Origin: Nocardioidaceae bacterium
Lineage (GTDB): Bacteria; Actinomycetota; Actinomycetes; Propionibacteriales; Nocardioidaceae
Reading direction: 5' to 3'
Assembly (NCBI GenBank): GCA_035473375.1
Contig: DATIOH010000166.1
Location: forward strand, 1-36,236
Length of the DNA stretch: 36,236 nt
Shown: positions 11,198-19,868 of the stretch, piece by piece
How the letters are laid out: each line of letters opens with the position of its first letter
How positions within the stretch are numbered: the first letter of the stretch is position 1
The notes under the pieces: model-generated
The model's input: the letters and a program-made list of their open reading frames with translations, nothing else
Told to the model about the DNA's origin: nothing
The model's database searches: none
Translations under genes and position numbers: made by a program

Positions 11198-11991
11198 TTA
11201 CGATTTTGGTCCGACGAACTCGTCCAGCCTCGCCACGTCAGCACGCCGCGCAACCGACAGCATGTTGTGTCGCGGTCGCGTCCAGCCGATGCCGAGATGG
11301 TCGAGAGCGTCCGCGCAGATGCCCATGATGTCCGCGGACTCGTTGGCGAAGACCTAGCGGATGTACTCGTATCGTTTCGGCCCGGACTTGCGTCGGCGCA
11401 CAGTCCAGTTTGTGACCCGGCAGCCGTCTGATTTGAAGAGACCGCAGACGAGCGCCTCGGCATGCTTCCGCACATTGACAGCTGCCAAGCTCTGAGCTCG
11501 ATGAGACGGTCATGCTTCCGTCCGGCACCGTGTTGCGGGAACAGACAAGGCCAGTGCTTCCAGTACGCGCTCACAATCACCGCACCGGGCGTTTGGCGCA
11601 TCCCCGCCCTTGTAAGTGGTTTGACTGCCTCCATCAGCACGCCGATCCGCCGAATGTCATCGGTATATCGAGCGTCGTTGACAACACACAATCGATAGAC
11701 ATCGTTGCGACAGCGGACGAGTGTTCCGTCTCCGAGGTACCACCCGAGGAGTTCGGCATATGCGGACTCGTCGAGGTCGACTCCATGACACCTTGGACAT
11801 GGTTGACCTCCGACGCCCTGGGTCCCGCCACGAGTCAGGCCGCGGCGCTGGTAGAGCCGACGCCAGCGTCGGATGGTCTTGATGGCGACACCGTGGATGC
11901 GTGCGTTCTCGCGGTCCGTCACCCCGGCGTCGGACAATCGCAGCGCATCGTCGACGACGTGCTTCGGCCGGATCGGTGTCATAAGCCGCAT
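11198..11991 (-). pseudogene. decayed HTH / LAGLIDADG-type (homing-endonuclease-like) gene with one frameshift and one in-frame TAG
   Basis: The N-terminal frame reads MRLMTPIRPKHVVDDALRLSDAGVTDRENARIHGVAIKTIRRWRRL...CPRCHG...YAELLGWYLGDGTL...HDRLIELRAWQ. The conserved continuation AVNVRKHAEALVCGLFKSDGCRVTNWTVRRRKSGPKRYEYIR*VFANESADIMGICADALDHLGIGWTRPRHNMLSVARRADVARLDEFVGPKS* is in a different frame from about 11480. It contains a TAG (plus-strand cta at 11354-11356). The locus is 794 nt, not a multiple of 3. Confidence 0.7.
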
Positions 11992-12032
11992 AGTGCATCA
12001 GACCACCGACATCAGGCGAAACCTCAGGTTCG

Positions 12033-12115
12033 TGCCGGGTGTGGGATTCGAACCCACAAGTCCTTTCGAACAATGGTGTTTGAGACCATCGCGTATACCG
12101 TTCCGCCAACCCGGC
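12033..12115 (-). tRNA. tRNA-Leu (anticodon CAA), class II with long variable arm, no encoded CCA
   Basis: The minus-strand sequence is GCCGGGT TG GCG GAACGGTATA CGC G ATGGT CTCAAAC ACCAT TGTTCGAAAGGACTT GTGGG TTCGAAT CCCAC ACCCGGC A. It has a 7-bp acceptor stem, a 5-bp anticodon stem with CAA, and a T-arm with a TTCGAAT loop. Confidence 0.9.
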
Positions 12116-12174
12116 TCTGTTCCATCCTCTAAGCCCCCGCACATGTGGACGAAACGCGCAGATAACCTTCTCAC

Positions 12175-12777
12175 GTGACCAGCGAGACCGAGAAGCCCGG
12201 CCCGCGCGTCGTCATCGCCGAAGACGAGGCTCTGATCCGCCTCGACCTCGCCGAGATGCTCGCCGAGGAGGGCTATCAGGTCGTCGGCGCGGCCGGCGAC
12301 GGCGAGCGTGCCGTCGCGCTGGCCGAGGAACTGCACCCCGATCTGGTCGTGATGGACGTCAAGATGCCGAAGCTCGACGGCATCTCGGCGGCGTCGCGGA
12401 TCGCCGAGCAGCGGATCGCGCCGGTCGTCATCCTCACCGCGTTCAGCCAGCGGGACTTGGTCGAGCGGGCCCGCGACGCCGGGGCGATGGCTTATCTGGT
12501 GAAGCCCTTCGACAAGTCCGACCTGGTGCCCGCGATCGAGATGGCACGCTCCCGGTACGCCGAGCTGCGTCAGCTCGAGTCCGAGGTCGCCGACCTCAGC
12601 GAGCGGCTTGAGACCCGCAAGGTGGTCGACCGCGCCAAGGGGGTCTTGCAGGAGTCGTTGGGCATCACTGAGCCCGATGCCTTCCGCTGGATCCAGAAGA
12701 CCGCAATGGATTTGCGCGTTTCGATGAGAGATGTCGCCGAAGGTGTCGTGACGCATGGGGTTGATGTCACGAAATGA
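12175..12777 (+). CDS. pdtaR: ANTAR-domain response regulator (PdtaR-type, RNA-binding antiterminator)
   Basis: The sequence is near-collinear with mycobacterial PdtaR as I recall it: RVVIAEDEALIRLDLAEML, DLVVMDVKMP, VVILTAFSQRDLVERARDAGAMAYLVKPF, LSERLETRKVVDRAKGVLQ and PDAFRWIQKTAMD. It has a GTG start with no obvious SD. Confidence 0.9.
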   Translation: MTSETEKPGPRVVIAEDEALIRLDLAEMLAEEGYQVVGAAGDGERAVALAEELHPDLVVMDVKMPKLDGISAASRIAEQRIAPVVILTAFSQRDLVERARDAGAMAYLVKPFDKSDLVPAIEMARSRYAELRQLESEVADLSERLETRKVVDRAKGVLQESLGITEPDAFRWIQKTAMDLRVSMRDVAEGVVTHGVDVTK

Positions 12778-12899
12778 CAACGACGAGACGACGCGACACG
12801 CTCGGGGGGCTGTAGGCACGCCGATAACACGCTAGGTTCTCCCAATCACCGCTCAGCCCCGGCCCCAAAGCCGGCCAAACCTCTCGATACGGAGGCTTT

Positions 12900-14204
12900 A
12901 TGCTCCTCCCCTCTCGCCTCGCGCGGCTCAGTATTGTCGCTGCGGCAGCAGCCCTCGTCTTGTCATCGTGTGGTGGCGATAACAACGACAACAGCTCTGG
13001 CGGTACCGACACCAGCGGCACCGAGACCAGTTCAGCACCCGAGTCATCGGCCCCGGCCGGCACCGGCGACGGCACGCTCACGATCGGCACGCTGCTCCCG
13101 CAGACCGGCGACCTCGCCTTCCTCGGCCCCCCCGAGTTCGCAGGCGTCGACCTCGCGGTCAACGACATCAACGCGGCAGGCGGCGTGCTGGGCCAGAAGG
13201 TAGTCCAGTCCAAGGCGGACTCTGGCGACGGCACCCCCGACATCGCCGGCGCATCCGTCGACAAGCTCCTCAACGCCAACGCAGACGTCATCATCGGCGC
13301 GGCCGCCTCGAGCGTGTCGCTGTCCGTCATCGACAAGATCGTCGGCGCGGGCGTCGTCGAGTTCTCGCCGGCGAACACCTCGCCTGCGTTCGACACCTAC
13401 GACGACAAGGGCCTGTACTTCCGCACGTCGCCCTCTGACGTCTTCCAGGGCGCAGTCCTCGGCAACCTCGTTGCCTCGGACGGCTTCACCAACGTCGCCG
13501 TCATGGCTCGGCAGGACTCGTACGGCGAAGGCTTGGCCGACGAGTTCGTGAAGACGCTCCAGCAACAGGGCGGAAACGTCGCGGTCAAGACGCTCTACTC
13601 GGCAGACGCGACGAACTACACGGCCGAGATCAACAAGGTGGCGGCGAGCAAGCCCGACGCGGTCGTTCTCATTGCCTTCGAAGAGGCGACGAAGATCGTC
13701 CCCGGCCTGATCGCCAAGGGCGTCGGTCCGCAGGATGTGCAGACCTACTTCGTCGACGGCGACACTGCCGACTACTCGAAGGACTTCCCGGCAGGCACGA
13801 TGAAGGGCGTCAAGGCGACCTTCCCGGCTCCCGCCAAGATCGACCCGTCGTTCAACAAGTCCCTTCTCGACGTCAACCCGAAGCTGACCGACTTCACCTA
13901 CGGCGCACAGTCGTACGACGCCACGATCATGACGGCGCTCGCTGCGACCGCGGCCAATGACGACTCTGGTGAGTCGATTGCTTCGAAGCTGATCGAGATC
14001 TCGAAGGACGGCACACCGTGCTCGGAGTACTCCGAGTGTGTCGGCCTCCTCGAGAGCGGCGAAGACATCGACTACGAAGGCGCGTCGGGTCCCTGTGACC
14101 TCAACGACAGCGGCAGCGTGGCGAAGGCGACGATCGGCATCCAGTTGTACGGGCAGGACAACACGTACAAGCAGATCGACTCCGTCTCCGGCGTCATCGA
14201 CTAG
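12900..14204 (+). CDS. branched-chain amino-acid type ABC substrate-binding lipoprotein (LivJ/type I PBP family)
   Basis: A GGAGG lies 5 nt upstream of the ATG. The signal peptide plus lipobox is AAALVLSSCGG, followed by a Ser/Thr/Gly linker. Then comes TLTIGTLLPQTGDLAFLGPPEFAGVDLAVNDINAAGGVLGQKV, typical of Leu/Ile/Val-binding proteins. Confidence 0.88.
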   Translation: MLLPSRLARLSIVAAAAALVLSSCGGDNNDNSSGGTDTSGTETSSAPESSAPAGTGDGTLTIGTLLPQTGDLAFLGPPEFAGVDLAVNDINAAGGVLGQKVVQSKADSGDGTPDIAGASVDKLLNANADVIIGAAASSVSLSVIDKIVGAGVVEFSPANTSPAFDTYDDKGLYFRTSPSDVFQGAVLGNLVASDGFTNVAVMARQDSYGEGLADEFVKTLQQQGGNVAVKTLYSADATNYTAEINKVAASKPDAVVLIAFEEATKIVPGLIAKGVGPQDVQTYFVDGDTADYSKDFPAGTMKGVKATFPAPAKIDPSFNKSLLDVNPKLTDFTYGAQSYDATIMTALAATAANDDSGESIASKLIEISKDGTPCSEYSECVGLLESGEDIDYEGASGPCDLNDSGSVAKATIGIQLYGQDNTYKQIDSVSGVID

Positions 14205-14222
14205 TCGACCTGAGAGCAATGG

Positions 14223-14256
14223 GAAGGGCCCCGGCCAACGGCCGGGGCCCTTTCTC
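14223..14256. terminator. bidirectional intrinsic terminator hairpin between convergent genes
   Basis: The sequence gaagggccccggcc-aac-ggccggggcccttt forms a stem of about 13 bp with a 3-nt loop. It is flanked by T-rich tttctcttgcttctc on + and by A/T on the complement. It sits between the binding-protein stop (14204) and the livF stop (14285). Confidence 0.7.
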
Positions 14257-14284
14257 TTGCTTCTCGGTTCTGAGTGGGGTGCGA

Positions 14285-15133
<849 letters not shown>

Positions 15134-15134
15134 C

Positions 15135-16094
15135 TCAGCCGTCCTCCCTCTCCGCCTCGACCGCTTCGATCTCCTCCTGCGCGGCGGCGAGGATCTGCTC
15201 TTCGGCCTCGAAGCTGAGCGCTGTGTCGTGGTGGGCGCCGAGGTAGGCGTCGATGACACGCTGGTCGGCCATCACGGTGTCGGGCGGGCCCTCGGAGATG
15301 ATGCGTCCCTGGGCCATCACGACGACCCAGTCCGAGATGTCGCGGACCATGTCCATGTCGTGCTCGACGAAGAGCACCGTCATGCCGTCGTCGCGCAGCG
15401 ACTTCACATGGCCGAGCAGGCTTTGCTTGAGCGCCGGGTTGACGCCGGCCATCGGCTCGTCGAGCATGACGAGGTTCGGCTCGACCATGAGAGACCGCGC
15501 CATCTCGAGCAGCTTGCGCTGGCCGCCCGACAGCGATCCGGCGAAGTCGTCGCGCTTCTCGTGCAGCTTGAAACGCTGCAGCAGGGCCTCGGCGCGCTTG
15601 GTGTTCGCCCGCTCTTGAGCTCGCCAGAACGGCGCGATCATAGCCTGCCAGATGCTCTCGCCCGCCTGGCCGGTAGCGCCGAGTCGCATGTTCTCGATGA
15701 CCGTGAGTCGGGCGAGGACCTTGGTCAGCTGGAAGGTGCGGACCATGCCCATCCGCGCGACCCGGTACGCGGGCAGCCCGTTGAGGCTGGCGCCCTCGAA
15801 TTGCCAGTCGCCCTCGTCGGGCTTGTCGAAGCCGGTCAGCAGGTTGAAGAACGTCGTCTTGCCGGCTCCGTTGGGGCCGATGAGCGCCGTGATCGCGTTT
15901 CGCTGCACCTCGAGGTGCTGAACGTCGACGGCGGTCAGGCCGCCGAAGCGGCGGACGATGTTGTCGGCGACCAGGATCGGATTCGGCTTGCTGGCGCCGG
16001 GTTCGCGGGGGACGTCCGCGAGCTCGCGGGCGGCGTCGGCTGCAGTGGTCGTCGACGGCGGGGCCGTAGGCGTCGTGGACTCGTCAACGGGCAT
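15135..16094 (-). CDS. livG: branched-chain amino-acid ABC transporter ATP-binding protein (LivG-like)
   Basis: Motifs present are GPNGAGKTTFFNLLTGF, LSGGQRKLLEMARSL and VMLDEPMAGVNP. The ATG at 16094 is preceded by GAAGGGAG. An alternative GTG at 16118 is possible. Confidence 0.85.
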   Translation of the reverse strand: MPVDESTTPTAPPSTTTAADAARELADVPREPGASKPNPILVADNIVRRFGGLTAVDVQHLEVQRNAITALIGPNGAGKTTFFNLLTGFDKPDEGDWQFEGASLNGLPAYRVARMGMVRTFQLTKVLARLTVIENMRLGATGQAGESIWQAMIAPFWRAQERANTKRAEALLQRFKLHEKRDDFAGSLSGGQRKLLEMARSLMVEPNLVMLDEPMAGVNPALKQSLLGHVKSLRDDGMTVLFVEHDMDMVRDISDWVVVMAQGRIISEGPPDTVMADQRVIDAYLGAHHDTALSFEAEEQILAAAQEEIEAVEAEREDG

Positions 16095-17079
16095 CGATCG
16101 CCAGCTCCCTTCGGTCACCGAAGATGCCTTGCGGCCGGAAGATCATCAGCAGCATCAGCGCCAATCCGAGGAAGATCAGCCGCATCAGGCTCGCCTGAGT
16201 ATGCGTCATGATCCAGTCGGGGATGATCGGATCCGTACCGGATGTGGCCTCGTCGAAGAAGAGGTCGAGGAACGTGATGAGGAACCAGAAGATCAAGGCG
16301 CCGGCGACGGGGCCGAACACGCGTGCCGCTCCACCGACCAGCAAGACGGTGTAGGCGAAGAAGGTCGTGTCGGTGGCGAACAGCGACGGGTTGATGGCTG
16401 AGTGCTGGAGCGCGCTCATGAACCCCGCCAGGCCTCCGAAGAGCCCGCCGATCACCAGCGACTGCATCTTGTAGGCGTATACGTTCTTACCCAGGCTTCG
16501 GACGGCGTCCTCGTCCTCGCGAATGCCCTTCAGCACGCGTCCCCATGGGCTGCGCATCAGCAGCCACACGATCAGGCAGCACACGACGACGACGGACCAC
16601 CCGACGACGAGCACCCAGAAGTCATACGACCGCCATGAGGTGATCCCGATGTCGACCGAGGAGTGGAACGGGCTGAGGTTGCGGAAGGTGTCGCCGAACG
16701 ACTGCAGGCCGTCCTGCCCGCCGAAGTACTTGAGCAGACTGACCGAGCCGACGGTCTGCCGGATGATCTCTGCGGCGGCGATCGTCACGATGGCCAGGTA
16801 GTCGGCACGCAGTCGCAGGGTCGGGATACCGAGCAGGAGAGCGAGTACGACGCACAGCAGGAGGCCGACAGCGATGCCGAGCCAGAACGACAGGCCCCAC
16901 GTCGCCACGAAGGACGCCAGCGCATATGCGGCGACGAGCATGAACCCCGCCTGCCCGAAGTTCAGCAGGCCGGTGTAGCCGAAGTGCACGTTCAGTCCGA
17001 TCGCCGCGAGGCAGTAGACGACGGCAGCGGGACCGAGAGCCTGTTGGAACGACCCCTGCATGATCGTGTTCCAGTCCAT
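16084..17079 (-). CDS. livM: branched-chain amino-acid ABC transporter permease (LivM-like)
   Basis: The product is polytopic and hydrophobic, with LNVHFGYTGLLNFGQAGFMLVAAY. A GAGGAGG SD precedes the ATG, and the gene follows livH after 15 nt. Confidence 0.88.
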   Translation of the reverse strand: MDWNTIMQGSFQQALGPAAVVYCLAAIGLNVHFGYTGLLNFGQAGFMLVAAYALASFVATWGLSFWLGIAVGLLLCVVLALLLGIPTLRLRADYLAIVTIAAAEIIRQTVGSVSLLKYFGGQDGLQSFGDTFRNLSPFHSSVDIGITSWRSYDFWVLVVGWSVVVVCCLIVWLLMRSPWGRVLKGIREDEDAVRSLGKNVYAYKMQSLVIGGLFGGLAGFMSALQHSAINPSLFATDTTFFAYTVLLVGGAARVFGPVAGALIFWFLITFLDLFFDEATSGTDPIIPDWIMTHTQASLMRLIFLGLALMLLMIFRPQGIFGDRRELAIDAR

Positions 17080-17094
17080 GGGTTTCCTCCTCGC

Positions 17095-18435
17095 CTAGCC
17101 GACCCGCTCGGGGCGACCGAGCAGGCCTTGTGGACGGAACAGCAGGACAACGATCAGGACGCCGAGCGCGCCGACGAACTTGAGCTCGGCCGGGACGATG
17201 AGGGTCGAGACCTCGATCAACGTGCCGATCACATAGCTCCCGAGGATCGCGCCCCAGATGGTGCCGAGACCGCCCAGAGTGACCGCGGCGAACACGAGCA
17301 GCAGGATCTTGAAGCCGACCTGATAGTCGAAGCCCTGCGTCATCCCCAGCATGACTCCGGCCAGCCCGGCGAGTGCCGCGCCGCCGATCCAGACGACGGA
17401 GATCACCCGGTCGACGTTGATTCCGGACGACGCCGCGAGCGCCGGGCTGTCGGCGACCGCGCGCGTCGCCTTGCCCATCTTCGTGCGCTGCAGTGCCTGC
17501 GTCACGAACAGCAGCGCGATCACCGCGACGAGGGTGACCAGGATGTCTTTCGGGGTGATGTCGACCCAGCCGACGTGCCAGGGCTCGACGGTCGCGTACT
17601 GCGTGTAGTTGTGGTTGTCGGCGCCTGCGACGTATTGGTAGACGTTGCGCAGGAAGATCGACAGGCCGATGCTGACGATCATCATCGCGATCAGGCCAGT
17701 GCCGCGTTTTCGAAGCGGTCGCCACAGCAGCTGATCCTGGGCATAGCCGAATCCGCCGGACACGATGGTTGCGAGGATCCCGGCGAGGATGAGGGGAATG
17801 CCCCACCCGCTGTCGAAGCCGTAGGCGACGAGGGCGCCGAACGAGATCAGCTCGCCATGCGCGAAGTTCGTGAGCCCGGTGGTGCCGAAGACCATCGAGA
17901 GGCCAAGGGACGCGAGCGCGAGAATCGAGCTGAAGACGATTCCGCCTACCGCCAGCTGGACAGCCTGCTGATACCAGGGGTCCTCGCCGATCTTGGGCCC
18001 GATCGGGAACTGGAAGGCGATGTTCTGCTCGATCTGAATGTGCCGGGTGTTCTCGACTTGCTTCGGATTGGTCAGCTCGGTACCGGACGGCAGGGTCGAC
18101 TCGTCGATCTTGACCACGATGGTGCTGTCGAGCACGTCGAGGCTGGTTCCCGGGAGACGGATCGCGAACGAGCCGTCCTCCTTCGACAACGTCTCGCCGA
18201 GCGGGTTGCCCTGGTCGTCTTCGACCGTGATCTTGACGCCGGCGACGGGCTCTGGGGGAGTCTTGCCCGTGTCGCAGAGCAAGCCGACGACGAAGATGAC
18301 GCCGTCCTTGTCGGGGAACTGCGGCAGCGGGCAGGCCGCGCCGGTGGGGGCGGCGAGCGCGGTGCCGGTGAGGGTGAGTGCTCCGACGATGGCGACGAGC
18401 AGTGCAACGGCTATACCGGTAAGGCGCACTCGCAC
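17095..18435 (-). CDS. livH: branched-chain amino-acid ABC transporter permease (LivH-like) with a secreted N-terminal extension of about 150 aa
   Basis: The GTG start has AGGAG 7 nt upstream. The C-terminal 290 aa or so are LivH-like (LSMVFGTTGLTNFAHGELISFGALVAY). The N-terminus has a signal/anchor MRVRLTGIAVALLVAIVGALTLTGTALA. A beta-rich segment VKITVEDDQGNPLGETLSKEDGSFAIRLPG follows. Confidence 0.87.
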   Translation of the reverse strand: MRVRLTGIAVALLVAIVGALTLTGTALAAPTGAACPLPQFPDKDGVIFVVGLLCDTGKTPPEPVAGVKITVEDDQGNPLGETLSKEDGSFAIRLPGTSLDVLDSTIVVKIDESTLPSGTELTNPKQVENTRHIQIEQNIAFQFPIGPKIGEDPWYQQAVQLAVGGIVFSSILALASLGLSMVFGTTGLTNFAHGELISFGALVAYGFDSGWGIPLILAGILATIVSGGFGYAQDQLLWRPLRKRGTGLIAMMIVSIGLSIFLRNVYQYVAGADNHNYTQYATVEPWHVGWVDITPKDILVTLVAVIALLFVTQALQRTKMGKATRAVADSPALAASSGINVDRVISVVWIGGAALAGLAGVMLGMTQGFDYQVGFKILLLVFAAVTLGGLGTIWGAILGSYVIGTLIEVSTLIVPAELKFVGALGVLIVVLLFRPQGLLGRPERVG

Positions 18436-18762
18436 GAATGACTCCTGTCATGTCGGTGGCGCTTAGAACGGCTGCCGGAGGGGCGCTCGGGGATCCGGCT
18501 TTCGCACACTTTCGCGGGAGCATAGCGACTCGGGGCCCTTGCCCGTAGGCCCCAGCGTGAACGCAACCGACTTGGGGTGCCCAACGCGGCTGACGTGACG
18601 CTGACTCGTTGCTCGGGGTGAGCATGGGATGGCGGGGTCAGTCGCACCGTCGTAGGGTGTTGGTCGCACTCGTCCCAGGAGCACCATCCGACGGGCGACT
18701 TCACCGGCTGCCGCACCCTGCCGCCCCGCAGAGCCCGGCGCAGTGACCGAAGGGGAGCGCCG

Positions 18763-19344
18763 ATGACCCGAGCTCAAGCGGACGTTCGCGACGCCGTACC
18801 GGACGATGCGCTCGCGTTGCAATCGATCTGGCTCGACTTCGCCGAGACTCGGCCGGCCGACCGCCAGAGTCGCGAGACGCGCGAGACCAGCATGGTCGAG
18901 CAGATCGAGCGCTCCATCCTCCGATTCGAGACCGACCCGTCTGAGCGCCTCCTGGTCGCCCTGATCGACGACATCGCCGTCGGCGTCGCGCACCTGCGGC
19001 GGGCGCCGCTGTCGCCGATGCATCCCGACGACGCCGTTCACGTCGGCTACCTGCATGTGTTGAGCAACTACCGGCGCCGCGGCGTCGGACGGCAGCTCCT
19101 GGAGGCGGCGGCCGACTGGGCCGACGAGAAGGACTCGCAGCACATCGTCGCGACCGTGGCGGCGCGCAGCCGCGACGCCAACAGGTTCCTCGCCCGCTTG
19201 GGCATGAGTCAGGTCGCGGTTGTGCGGGCGTCGACGGTCGTCAGCCTGAGAGCCAAGCTGGCAAGCGGTGGCAAGAGCGCGGCGTCACACATCGTGGCGG
19301 CCCGGCGGCTGACGCGCCGCACCGGCCGCCAGGCGTCGGACTGA
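18763..19344 (+). CDS. GNAT-family N-acetyltransferase
   Basis: VGYLHVLSNYRRRGVGRQLLEAAADWA carries the R/Q-x-x-G-x-G/A acetyl-CoA motif. A GGGGAG SD lies upstream of the ATG. Confidence 0.8.
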   Translation: MTRAQADVRDAVPDDALALQSIWLDFAETRPADRQSRETRETSMVEQIERSILRFETDPSERLLVALIDDIAVGVAHLRRAPLSPMHPDDAVHVGYLHVLSNYRRRGVGRQLLEAAADWADEKDSQHIVATVAARSRDANRFLARLGMSQVAVVRASTVVSLRAKLASGGKSAASHIVAARRLTRRTGRQASD

Positions 19345-19367
19345 GGTCTGGCCAGTGGCTGTCGCCG

Positions 19368-19793
19368 CTAGTCGCCGGCGCCAGGAGTGGGCGACGTCAG
19401 GTGGCAGGTGATCCGCGCAGTGCACACGCGACGGTCCTGCTCGTCGGAGATCACGACCTCGTAGCACGCGACGCTTCGTCCCAGATGGATCGGCGTCGCG
19501 ACGCCGCGAACGACGCCGTCGCGCGTGGACCGGTGGTGCGTCGCGTTGATGTCGACGCCGACCGCGACGCCGTCGGGCCCCACATGCAGCGTCGACCCGA
19601 TGGATCCCAGGGTCTCGGCCAGCACGCACGACGCGCCGCCGTGAAGGAGTCCGAACGGCTGAATGTTCCCCTCGACCGGCATGGTGGCGACGACCCGGTC
19701 GGCCGACGCCTCGAGCACTTCGATGCCCATTCGGTCGAGCAGAGTCGGGCCGACGTCCGGCCACTCGTCCATCGCCAGGTTCGGGTGGTCCAT
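19368..19793 (-). CDS. PaaI/YbdB-type hotdog-fold thioesterase
   Basis: LDRMGIEVLEASADRVVATMPVEGNIQPFGLLHGGASCVLAETLGS is characteristic of the PaaI family. The product is 141 aa. Confidence 0.85.
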   Translation of the reverse strand: MDHPNLAMDEWPDVGPTLLDRMGIEVLEASADRVVATMPVEGNIQPFGLLHGGASCVLAETLGSIGSTLHVGPDGVAVGVDINATHHRSTRDGVVRGVATPIHLGRSVACYEVVISDEQDRRVCTARITCHLTSPTPGAGD

Positions 19794-19868
19794 CGCGCCT
19801 CCAGGCTCGTCACCCGGCCGTCGCCGGGGCGGTCAGTCGTGTCGGTCCCCAAGACTAGAGTCGACGCC

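Noticed and set aside
11179-12115. An integrated mobile element or genomic island at tRNA-Leu.
   Set aside because: There is no integrase, no recombinase and no direct repeat of the tRNA 3' end (for example tgggattcgaacccac) elsewhere in the interval. Only a single decayed gene is present, so I report it as a pseudogene remnant, not as a mobile element.
12778-12899. Search for the canonical ANTAR target (two adjacent hairpins with AxxGxx hexaloops) downstream of pdtaR, in the binding-protein leader and in the livH leader.
   Set aside because: Only single weak stems were found. These are ccggc-cccaaa-gccgg near 12860, whose loop lacks the A1/G4 pattern, and cgcg-aaagtg-tgcg in the livH leader, which has no partner hairpin. 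That is not enough to call an ANTAR site by eye.
16622-18625. A 667-aa ORF on the minus strand overlapping livH and livM in another frame. Similar long ORFs occur at 13044..14414, 4097..5617, 5618..6817, 33879..35693 and 19833..21071.
   Set aside because: Their translations are dominated by Arg/Pro/Gly/Ala runs with no recognisable motifs. They lie antisense or out of frame to genes with strong family signatures. This is the expected stop-codon-poor artefact of very GC-rich DNA.
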